DNA from: Corallochytrium limacisporum Hawaii
Taxonomy: Eukaryota > Protista > Pluriformea
Assembly (NCBI GenBank): GCA_002811645.1
Contig: PDIP01000008.1
Location: forward strand, 110,097 to 174,096
DNA length: 64,000 nt
Reading direction: 5' to 3'
The notes beneath the pieces were generated by a model, which saw nothing but the letters and a program-made list of their open reading frames with translations, had not been told where the DNA came from and made no database searches. The translations under genes were made by a program, and so were the position numbers. Below, piece by piece: positions 1 through 9,626 of the stretch; position 1 is the stretch's first letter; each line of letters starts with the position of its first letter.

Positions 1-1526
1 AATGTTGCAGGGAATCATGACATTCTCCGAGTCACGGTGGTCTAACTTTAAGCATTGGCTGCGGTTGCTAATAATTTTATTGTGCGTTCCCGTCGTCCAA
101 GCTCACCCTATAGCCTCGTTGAGACTACGCTACATGTTCTGCGAGCGCTGTTCCCCACTCTCCTTCGTATACGTTCAGAGTTTTGTTTCCTTACCACGTA
201 AGAGAAACCGGTCGGGGTGAGCGGCTTCGAGACCTCGTGTCGCGCCGGAGATTTTCTGGGTTTGTTGGGGAACAAAGAAGGTATCGTATGTGGCGACACA
301 AAGGGACCCTCGAGGGGTTCTGGAGGACGGCAAACTGTGATTGGCACCTACTTAGACTTCCTCAAGGTTTATGCTAAGCTAGTTTGCTAAGGAATTTCTA
401 TGGAAATGGAAAGAGTTCAGTCAAAACGTGCGGAGTATAAAGATACCCCTTTATTTCCCTTTGAGCTCCCGCGGGCGCATCCTTGGAGGAGGAGCGACAC
501 AGATAAAGCAAATTCAAACACAATGGGGCTTGGTATAATTTGTGCCCATATGCTGGGTCACAGTGCAGCAAGGACATTCTGACCAGATGATGTCAATGGT
601 AGCACACCACTATTGCACATGGAGGAAGCAACGTGTACTGAGAAGAAAAATTTTATCTCGTTGTTCTTCTCTCTGCTCCGTGATGTTCAGGTAGTATTCA
701 GGGTCGTCTTCCCGTTGCTTTCGCTGTCCACTGTTGCCCTAGCTAGTTCCTGTTGTAGGCGGTGAAACCGTGTGGTGCGTCACTATTTATTCAGTACATC
801 CAATATGGGAATTTGAATGGACGGGGTCAAGCGCGGAGACGACACCATCAATGTTTGAGGCGGTGTGTGATCCTTGTCGGTGGCGTCAGCGCCAATTTAT
901 TGGCTGAAAGCCCTCTCCCTACTGTCGCTCGCTTCAGCCTCCCACTCATGTCATCTCGTCTCATTCTTATGTATACCAGGTATTAAGCTGACTATGCTCC
1001 TCGTGCTCGTAGCTGAGTCCAAGCTGAGCTCCGCCCATGCCTGGTTAAGGCAGCCGAAATGCGCTGTAAGCGTTTCTTCGTTCCTGCGCAGAAATGAGAT
1101 TGATTTGCTGCATATATCGGTAGAGAGGAATCGCGGGCCCCATCGAACTCCAAGACCGACTTTCCGAGTTACCTATGAAACCCGAGATCGAAGGGCAATA
1201 GGCAATATGTGCAAATCCCCGGCAAGACGGCAAGCCCGAGCACTTTTCGTTTGTGAGTGCGCTGAAGATCCTACGCAATCCGAGGGAAAACTTCAGGAAC
1301 CAACAATGCAGCATAAGAGTTGGGGACCTCGCGGAGGGCGTTGATGGGAAGAGGGGAAAGGGATGTTGTCGAGAACCCCCTTCCCCAGACCTGCTGCCCT
1401 AGGAGCCGACCTGTATACAAAGTACCGACGAACTTTTGAAACGGAAAACCGCTGGTCCCAGCGAAGGGCGGGGGCCTCGGCAAAACTGCGGGTGCGACCA
1501 TTGTTGCGTGAAAGGTGCTGTGGTGC

Positions 1527-1596
1527 AGAGAGAGAGAGAGAGAGACAGAGAGACAGAGAGAGAGCGCGACAGAAAGAAAGAGAGAGAGGGAGAGAG
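1527..1596. repeat. (GA)n-rich microsatellite upstream of the histidine kinase
   Basis: gagagagagagagagacagagagacagagagagagcgcgacagaaagaaagagagagaggggagagag seen directly. Confidence 0.9.
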
Positions 1597-2362
1597 GTCC
1601 CGCGCCAGAGGGGAAGAGCGACTTCTTTTTCTAGTTAAGTTTCAGCTAGCAAAATTCCTTCCATTGTTCAATTCCCCAACCCCACGGAGTCGATATGTGC
1701 AAGTGAGACCACTGCGAGCGTGCCCTGTTGCACGAGCATTTCCGAATTCCACCTCTTTCCCCCTCCCCCTCTTGGAACTCAGTGTGTACGACATTCCCCT
1801 GCCCCCACTTGTTTCTTCCTCAGTACTTTGGTCTCATTGCTTTTTTATTCTTCATTCGAAGGCTGGAAAAAGTTTTTATTTTAGTCCAACCGCTGTGGTG
1901 ATTCGTCTGTCCGCCGGTGGCCCTGTATGGGCTTCCCCCCTGTTTTTTCCGTTTGGTAAGCCGAGGATTGGGGCGGGGCTGCGTCACTGCCCCTTCTGTT
2001 TTCTCCTCCTTTTTCTTCTTGATTCTACAGCTCTGCATGGAACCGGTTGTCGGACAACGGAAGAATCAACAGGGGTATCAATTAATGGGACCCAAGAACA
2101 CACCTGTACACCGCACCGACGAAGTTGACCGTGAACATCCGAGCTCGAGGCTCACGAACGTTTTGGTGTGTGCTCCGACGAAACAGAAAACCAGTGCTGG
2201 TTCTTTGCCTAGCGAGTACGGAATACGAAAGTTATGGTTCCACACTCCCTGGGTATTTTGAGGTTCCGATCACCGCAACAGGTATGGGTGTGCTTTCCTT
2301 TTATCCGCACTGTAGTTACTTACAGGGATCAGTTTTCGGGTATATACACATGAGGAATAAAA

Positions 2363-5149
2363 ATGGACGAGCATAGCATTCAAACAGCGTTGCTCTTTAT
2401 TGTGACTCTGCTGCTTGCATTTAACATTTTGCAGCAGCAGCGGAGCTCCCGGTTGATCCAGAAGGAAGGGACTGCAGAGAAACTGGTGGAGAGCAAGTCC
2501 CATGCTTCGAGCAAGGCGCCGGAAAAGGTAAAGCCCGCACAGCGCACGGGTGGCATGTGTCCTGTGGGAGCGGGTGGCAAGAGCAGTGGCTACCGCGGCG
2601 CAGAGGCTTCTTCGGAGTACTGCCCGCCAGAGCTGATGTTGAGTATGGAACAGCGCAGGAACGTTCGTGGTCGCCGATGGGGTGGTGCCTCGAAGGTTTC
2701 TCGCATTGAGGACCTTCTGGTTCCTCAGGACTTGACAAAGTTTGGTCCTGATGACCGCACTCGCACCATTGCCAGAATTATGGGTGCCATTACCCGCGCT
2801 CACGGACTGCGCGTGAACAATGAGTCACGAAACATTGTCTTTGATATTGTCTTGGACGAAGTTTTACAGTTGTCAAATTCAGAATACGGTTTTATTGGCG
2901 AGTGGCACCAGGCACCTGAGGTGGAAAGGCCGCACTTACACACATATTCAATCACCAATATTGCATGGACCAAGGAATTGAATGCCTTCTACCGGGAGCA
3001 TATGGAGTCGGGTCTGTATTTCTACGATTTGAACAATTTGTTCGGCCACTGTCTCATTTATGGTATGCCAATCATCTCGAACAGTCCCGCTGAGCACGAA
3101 CTCTCTGGAGGTCTGCCAGTTGGCCATCCTCCTCTTAACGCTGTGATGCTTTTGCCTTTCAAGGACAACGCCGGGCAAGTCTATGGGTGCATTGGCATTG
3201 CCAACCGTCCCGGTGGTTACAACGAGGATGTGCGCGACTTCCTGAGCCCTTACATTACTACCATTGCTCAGCTCTTGCGTTCGTACCGCCAGGATCGCAA
3301 GGCGGAAGAATCCAGGAAGGCTATGGACCGGCAGAGTGAACGCCTAAACGCGGTCATCGAAGCAGCCAGCTCAGGTATTTGGGAAATCGATATGGAAGAT
3401 AACAACAAATTCTATGCCTCTGCGGCTACGTACAGAACGCTTAGCATGGACGTCCACCAGAATTCGGAATTCAGGGGGTTGAGCATGTTTGAAGCCTGCG
3501 CCGTAGATGCCAAAGAAATTGAGGCTCTGCGCGCTTTCTTTGGAGAATGCGGGAAATTTAACGATGATCCGTTGACAAATACTCGACCGAGGTGGAACGA
3601 GCACATTATCCGCATGTCCAACGCAAAGACTGGTGCGGAGCAGCACATCCTGGTGCGTGCGAACACCATCGTTACCAAGGACCCCAAAGTACGCATCTCT
3701 CGCATTGCCGGTAGTATTGACGATATCACACAGAAGCTTGAAATGGAACAGGCAGTAATTCGGGCCTCAAACGCCAAGTCTGAATTCCTCGCCAATATGA
3801 GCCACGAGATGCGCACTCCTCTGAACGCCATGCTGGCAGGGTGTGACATCATTGATAGCAATAGCAGCAGCAACGAGGTTCACGATATTGTCAACCTCAT
3901 GCGGGTCAGTGCGAATCACTTGACTAACCTGGTCAATGACGTCCTTGACTTTAGCTCTGTGGAGTCTGGCCGGATCAAGTTTGATTGGGGTCCAGTGGAT
4001 GTCCAGCAGCTCCTGGCTGCTGCTCTGGATATCGTTCGCCCGCAGGTCCGCGACAGCGTCAACCTGGACATTGTTCTGACAACACCTGTGAACAAGGTGA
4101 TTCATCTGCCTCATACACGGGTTCTTCAGGTTCTGATCAATGTGCTTAACAATGCTGCCAAGTTTACTCACTCCGGCAATATTTCTTTGATTGTCGATGG
4201 TGCACCAGAGCTCATTGAGGGTCTGGAGCTCAGTGAAGAACATCCGGAGGTAATTCTATTCAGCGTCAAGGATTCTGGCATCGGTATACCCCAGGAGAAG
4301 CTCAATGCCATCTTCCAACCGTTCACCCAGCTAGACATGTCCTCACAGAAGAAGTACCGGGGTGCTGGCGTGGGTTTGGCTGTGTGCAAGAAGATTTTGA
4401 ATACTATGGGAGGAGACATTCGGGTGTCCAGTGCTCAGGGTGTCGGTTCCACGTTCTACTGCTATTGCCCATGCAAGTTTTTGGGTGAGGACAAGTTGGT
4501 TCGGGGATCCATTTCCATGATTCCCCGTGTCACTGCACAATATGAGTCTGACTGTCTTGCTAACATTCGCCGCATGTCCTACGAAGCGGACTCGGAGACC
4601 CAATCTACGTCCAATTCGATTCCGAACTCGAGCTCCAATTCCAAGGCATACAGCTCAACTGAGGAGACTGACGGAGATTCTGGATATTGCGATGACTTTT
4701 ACACTGCCGATGTGCTGGTCGCAGAGGACAACAAAATCAATCAGAAAGTTATCACCAAGCTCTTGGACAGTGCTGGCATAACTAGCTATAAATGCTCGAA
4801 CGGAAGCGAAGCTGTCAAGGCGGTGCAGGCCAGGGTCAACAACCCGTTCAAAGCCATATTTATGGACATCAACATGCCGGTCATGGATGGAATTGAGTCC
4901 ACTCGTATCATCATGAGTCAGTGGGACACTTGGACTGGTGACCGCTCTGTGTCCCGTCCCAAGATTGTTGCCTTCACTGCCAGTGCCTACCGAGAAGATG
5001 AGGCCAAGTGCCGAGAAATGGGCATGACTGCTTTCCTGCCTAAACCTGTTCGCAAGGAAGACGTTCTGGCGGTACTGCATCAGCTCAACCTGACCGCCAC
5101 AGGCCCTCGTCTCAGCTTTGCCGAGACTGCCGATATGAACTCCACTTAA
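2363..5149 (+). CDS. Hybrid sensor histidine kinase/response regulator (N-terminal TM, GAF, PAS-like, HisKA, HATPase_c, receiver), 928 aa
   Basis: H-box AKSEFLANMSHEMRTPL (H481); N-box QVLINVLNNAAKFT; G1 VKDSGIGI; F-box IFQPFTQ; G2 GAGVGL; receiver VLVAEDN..FMDINMPVMDG (D835)..FTASA..FLPKP; GAF segment SEYGFIGE..TNIAW..GLPVGHPPL; hydrophobic residues 9-22. Confidence 0.95.
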   Translation: MDEHSIQTALLFIVTLLLAFNILQQQRSSRLIQKEGTAEKLVESKSHASSKAPEKVKPAQRTGGMCPVGAGGKSSGYRGAEASSEYCPPELMLSMEQRRNVRGRRWGGASKVSRIEDLLVPQDLTKFGPDDRTRTIARIMGAITRAHGLRVNNESRNIVFDIVLDEVLQLSNSEYGFIGEWHQAPEVERPHLHTYSITNIAWTKELNAFYREHMESGLYFYDLNNLFGHCLIYGMPIISNSPAEHELSGGLPVGHPPLNAVMLLPFKDNAGQVYGCIGIANRPGGYNEDVRDFLSPYITTIAQLLRSYRQDRKAEESRKAMDRQSERLNAVIEAASSGIWEIDMEDNNKFYASAATYRTLSMDVHQNSEFRGLSMFEACAVDAKEIEALRAFFGECGKFNDDPLTNTRPRWNEHIIRMSNAKTGAEQHILVRANTIVTKDPKVRISRIAGSIDDITQKLEMEQAVIRASNAKSEFLANMSHEMRTPLNAMLAGCDIIDSNSSSNEVHDIVNLMRVSANHLTNLVNDVLDFSSVESGRIKFDWGPVDVQQLLAAALDIVRPQVRDSVNLDIVLTTPVNKVIHLPHTRVLQVLINVLNNAAKFTHSGNISLIVDGAPELIEGLELSEEHPEVILFSVKDSGIGIPQEKLNAIFQPFTQLDMSSQKKYRGAGVGLAVCKKILNTMGGDIRVSSAQGVGSTFYCYCPCKFLGEDKLVRGSISMIPRVTAQYESDCLANIRRMSYEADSETQSTSNSIPNSSSNSKAYSSTEETDGDSGYCDDFYTADVLVAEDNKINQKVITKLLDSAGITSYKCSNGSEAVKAVQARVNNPFKAIFMDINMPVMDGIESTRIIMSQWDTWTGDRSVSRPKIVAFTASAYREDEAKCREMGMTAFLPKPVRKEDVLAVLHQLNLTATGPRLSFAETADMNST

Positions 5150-5435
5150 TGTCTGTGTCGAGACCACATTTCCATGCATATCACATATCTCCTATTGAAA
5201 GTTATTTCTCGACACACAGGCACATAAAGCATTCACATAGAATCATAAAATATACATCATGGCCATTGCACTATACATGCATTTCTGCTTTAGTGGATGT
5301 ACGCACCTCTACATTGGCCTGGCCCGGCTTCTGGCCAGCCAACTGTTCACGATGCTGCGCAATTCGCCAAAGAAAGGCGAAAGATTAACGAAAAAGGGAT
5401 TCCCCCGGGGAGGAGAGGGAGGGGGATCGACGGGA

Positions 5436-5463
5436 GTCATCCCATCGTCATCCCATCGTCATC
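5436..5463. repeat. Short tandem repeat (gtcatcccatc)x2.5
   Basis: gtcatcccatcgtcatcccatcgtcatc seen directly. Confidence 0.7.
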
Positions 5464-5626
5464 TAGCTGAAATGGCGAAAACTCATCGATAGGTATGCTT
5501 TCGTGGCAAGCTACTCGACGAGTGCCTTTGAGAGTAGGTTTGGAAATATTTATGTGCCCTTAATCTTGAACGTGCTAAATTGTTCCACTGAAAGCTGCGT
5601 GATCCATAAACGCTCAAGGTCAAATC

Positions 5627-6160
5627 ATGAACTCTGAACACAAACAGTTGAAAGGCTTAACGGCTGCTGATGCCTACAAACTTTGGAAGGAAATCGATCC
5701 TGCGCAGTGCAAGTTGGAGAGACTCAATGGTCGCTATAAAGCTGGAATTTGGACGCTCCCAGGTCTCAGCCATCAGACTACAGTCAGTGTCATGAACGTG
5801 GTCATGGACTGGGCCGGTCTGAAGGGCTGGTGGGGCAAGCAATTTACTGGCGATGGCCGTGGCATCAATATCTGCTACCCGGACGCAGATAAGATCTTTC
5901 AGCGTACGAAGAGTCTTGAGAAGCGCTGTCCTATGCACATTGTGGTACAACCATCACTAGTCGACGGAAAGCCTTGCGTTTGTGTCCAATATCGCAAGGA
6001 AGATGGTGCCTTTGCCCCTTGGACTGGTGTGTACGATGAGCTACGTCCCTTGGATGACGATACTTGGATTGGTATGGCGGCCCTCAATTTTGGTGGAAGC
6101 ACCTTTGCATGGGCCACAGCCAATCCGTTCCTGCTCGAAAAGGTTGGCCCGGCGGAGTAA
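5627..6160 (+). CDS. Small bacterial-type protein, GXWXG/DUF4334-like family, 177 aa
   Basis: ATG-initiated ORF with L.GRY, GWWGKQF..G.GIN, SLVDGKP..V.Y, PW..VYDELRPLDDDTWIGM; resembles recalled bacterial uncharacterised proteins. Confidence 0.6.
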   Translation: MNSEHKQLKGLTAADAYKLWKEIDPAQCKLERLNGRYKAGIWTLPGLSHQTTVSVMNVVMDWAGLKGWWGKQFTGDGRGINICYPDADKIFQRTKSLEKRCPMHIVVQPSLVDGKPCVCVQYRKEDGAFAPWTGVYDELRPLDDDTWIGMAALNFGGSTFAWATANPFLLEKVGPAE

Positions 6161-7241
6161 ACCGCCTCGCATCTCGGCCAAGTTTGCTCAGTGTCCAGGC
6201 CCTCTTTGACACCAAAATACAATCCTTGTCCCCAACGGTGTTGATGGATGACTTATTCCTTTGATTTAGAATAGAAGCAAAGGCATCCCACACCGCCCTC
6301 CCCCCTCACGAATCCATGACCATTTCCCTCCCCTCCAGTCCCAAATGAAGATCCTGCCAGAGTGCGATTGTATCTCAGATGCCCACCCGCTACCGTCCCT
6401 GGCGACCCGTGCTGTCTAACGCGGCCGGAGGGAAGGGGGAGGAAAGGAGGGGGCTGGCGCACCGCACACAAAATAGCACACGTCCCTCTTTTCAGTCGCT
6501 GCGAGACCAAATAAAGAAAATTCCGATGCCCTTTGAGAGACCCGAAGCTTTGGCTTCCCGTTTATTTTGCGGCGGACTGAGGGTGGATCTCGGTTAATCT
6601 GGTCCATTTCTTGTTTCCTCCGACGGTTTGTCCTCTTTATCGACGTTTCCCTTTCGTCGTGGCCCGATAGTGGAGCAGTGACACATAACGGGCAGGGGAA
6701 GCAAAATGAAAGGGTCGAAACTTCCCGGTGGAACCAATATTAACTTGTTGCGGGGTATTCTGCTATGTATTCTTGGCGGGGGGTTGTTAGCAATAGAATG
6801 AATGCGTAGTAGCAGCGTATACGTCTCAGTCGCGGTGCACTCAGCAAGCCCAGTGTCCCCAACCACGCACCAACCCCAACCCAAACACAAGGGGAGCGAA
6901 CGCGCGGGGACTGAATTTTCCCTTTGGCAAGCCAGGGGCAGCGGGTGAGATTGGAAACCCCGGAGTCTCAGAAAGGAAGGTCTTTGGAGTTCAAGATTTT
7001 GTCGAAGAATGCTGAAAAGAGCAGCTATAAAATGGTAAATGCTATGACTTCATTATGGTTATAAGAGAATAATCTGCAAAGAGGGATCCTCGTGTTGAAG
7101 AATTGCTAGAGGGTGATGGCACTTCGTCATCTAATATACGACAACGACAAACCATTGTGAGGAGTTTGTCCTCGGAAAATCAGGTATGGTGGACCCTTCG
7201 TAGATCATGTCTTCATAAGGGATGAATTGTAGTGTATAAAT

Positions 7242-9503
7242 ATGTTAAGGTCTGGGTCCTCAGCGAGCTTCCAGAAGTTGAGGTCTGGTATTTCAAACGG
7301 TGGGTCGCGAACACATTCGCGGCAAGGTTCTGCTGATATCGGTGGCGCCGCCAATGTCAGGCTGGGCAGCGGACAAACGACCCCACGGGGGGATCGTGCC
7401 TTTAGTAGTCAGCTAGGCTATTCGACTGGGACTGCTTCCCCGCTGGCTTTATCACAGGCACCGCAAAAGCCAACAGAGACGAGAATTGATGGCCTTGGCA
7501 CCCTATCAGGAAACGGACAAGACTGGGACTACATCACACCTGGAAACCAGAATGAGCCAGCCAACTACGATCCGACGGGCAAGTCCAAACACAAAATAGG
7601 GCACAAATTGAAAAGATTTAGGTCTCACAGCACGAGACTCGGAGCAGCCTGGCGCAGGCGCCGGCCGCTCTATATTTTGGCACTTATTGCTGCCATTATG
7701 ATGCTATTATACATTTACTGGGATGAATTCGTAAAAACGACGGAAGCATGGTCATGGGACTACGAGGTAGGGTTTGTTACCTCGGCCCCATCAGGAGACA
7801 AAAGTCCGCATAACACTCAACACTTCCCAGACACAGAATTGCCACAATTTTACGTCATCATCGACGCTGGAAGTAGTGGGAGCCGCATCCACATTTATGA
7901 GGCGACCTATGACGAATCAGGTGAATTGGAGGCCCTAGAAGCGATGCGGATCGGAGACGACAGGGAGATGGCAGTGTTAAAGATTGAACCGGGTCTTAGC
8001 TCGTACAGCCAAACACCAACGGATGCTGTTACCAGTCTCAAGGAACTCATTGACTATGCTGAAAACCTGATTCCAATTACTGATTTGCCAAAGACAAATC
8101 TCTACGTATTGGCGACGGCGGGTCTACGCCTTCTGGACGACAAGACTCGATTGCGCTTGCAAAAAGCAATCGAAGATGAGTTACCACATCAGACTGCAAT
8201 GAAATTGGTAGAGGTGGACACTCTCGACGGACAGTGGGAGGCTGTCTATGCATGGCTAAGCTTCAACTGGATGCAGGGTAAAATTGTCAAGGAATTTGAG
8301 AACAAAAATACTCACAGTCTCCCTGGCCAAAATTTTCCATCAGGACATAAAACGTGGGATGAGATTAGTAGCTTTCCGGTTATTGACATGGGGGGCGCCT
8401 CCGCGCAAATTGCAATGGAAGTACCCGGGTCACCTGGGAAGCTCGACCTGGATGAAAATGATCCCGTTGTCTCACTTCAGCTGAGCTCTGATCATCCAAC
8501 GTACCGCCTCTTCATTCATTCCTACATTCGGTTCGGGGCTAATCAGGCCAGAAAACGTTATCTCAGGTGGCTGCTGGCCAAAGAGTCAGGGAAAGGAAAC
8601 GCCCAAGGAGACGCTGGTTCACGCATTCATGGCGACAGCATTGTTCTCAAGGACCCATGTCTGCACCCCGATCGCAGTGATGATGAGGAAATTGACAAGC
8701 TGAAAGTTAGTGTTGAAGGGACTGGAAACTTCTACCAATGTGCTGAAAATCTGAAGTTTCTCTTTGACAAAACCGCTCCATGTTCTAACAAGCCCTGTGC
8801 ATTCAATGGCGTGCATCAACCCGAGCTCCCATGGGGAACACATGAGATCTTCGGCATCAGCGAGTTCTGGTACACTTCTTGGGATGTATTCCACTTTACA
8901 GGGCCCTATGACGAGGACACATTCGTCAAGGCGGCTGAGGCATGGTGCCTCCGTGACTGGGATGCTCTAGTGGAAGAGTACGATGCTGGTCTTTTCCCAA
9001 CTGCAGGCCGCACTCGTTTCCGTGATCAGTGCTTCAAGTCTGCCTGGATGCACACTTTCTTACACTATGCCTTTGAAATGCCAAAGTCCGCCACCTTCCA
9101 CCCCATTAGCAAGGTCAACGGTGCGGAAGTGTCCTGGACCTTAGGAGCTCTTTTGCACCGCATTTATGACGGGATCACTGAAGCTCCAGTGGATGATGAG
9201 GATGAAGGCGGTGACGCGGAGCAAGAAGTCGCGTTGCAGCGCAAGAAGCAGCAACAACAACAGCAAGAAGGCACAGGAACAACTGATGAACACTTTGCCG
9301 ACGGTCCGGTTCCCCAGTTCCTCGGTCTTGTGTGGTATAATTGGATGGTCGTTTGCACCATCGTAGGCGTTGCCGTCTACATCTGGCGCCGTAGGCAGAG
9401 GAACACCATTAGCCTGCCCACTCACGCTGATGTAAACAACGGTGGCATCAACGGAGACCCATATCGTCAGATCTATGAGCGCGGATCCATGTCCTACATT
9501 TAG
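7242..9503 (+). CDS. GDA1/CD39 nucleoside triphosphate diphosphohydrolase (ENTPD4/7- or Ynd1-like), two TM segments, 753 aa
   Basis: Apyrase conserved regions IIDAGSSGSR, ATAGLR, GQWEAVYAW, DMGGASAQ, WTLG; hydrophobic helices near both ends; RFRDQCFKSAW motif. Confidence 0.92.
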   Translation: MLRSGSSASFQKLRSGISNGGSRTHSRQGSADIGGAANVRLGSGQTTPRGDRAFSSQLGYSTGTASPLALSQAPQKPTETRIDGLGTLSGNGQDWDYITPGNQNEPANYDPTGKSKHKIGHKLKRFRSHSTRLGAAWRRRRPLYILALIAAIMMLLYIYWDEFVKTTEAWSWDYEVGFVTSAPSGDKSPHNTQHFPDTELPQFYVIIDAGSSGSRIHIYEATYDESGELEALEAMRIGDDREMAVLKIEPGLSSYSQTPTDAVTSLKELIDYAENLIPITDLPKTNLYVLATAGLRLLDDKTRLRLQKAIEDELPHQTAMKLVEVDTLDGQWEAVYAWLSFNWMQGKIVKEFENKNTHSLPGQNFPSGHKTWDEISSFPVIDMGGASAQIAMEVPGSPGKLDLDENDPVVSLQLSSDHPTYRLFIHSYIRFGANQARKRYLRWLLAKESGKGNAQGDAGSRIHGDSIVLKDPCLHPDRSDDEEIDKLKVSVEGTGNFYQCAENLKFLFDKTAPCSNKPCAFNGVHQPELPWGTHEIFGISEFWYTSWDVFHFTGPYDEDTFVKAAEAWCLRDWDALVEEYDAGLFPTAGRTRFRDQCFKSAWMHTFLHYAFEMPKSATFHPISKVNGAEVSWTLGALLHRIYDGITEAPVDDEDEGGDAEQEVALQRKKQQQQQQEGTGTTDEHFADGPVPQFLGLVWYNWMVVCTIVGVAVYIWRRRQRNTISLPTHADVNNGGINGDPYRQIYERGSMSYI

Positions 9504-9626
9504 GCAGAAGGTGTTCAACATACATATACTGATACTCTGTGTAGTAGTAATCTCTGGTTTGTCCCTTGCCTGTGAACAGCTGCCCATTGCTTACAGTTTG
9601 GGTTTCGAACTAAGACTGCCAGGGAG

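Noticed and set aside
874-2376. Overlapping 90-230 aa ORFs upstream of the kinase
   Set aside because: Mostly non-ATG starts, they run through the GA microsatellite and pyrimidine tracts, and have no recognisable domain.
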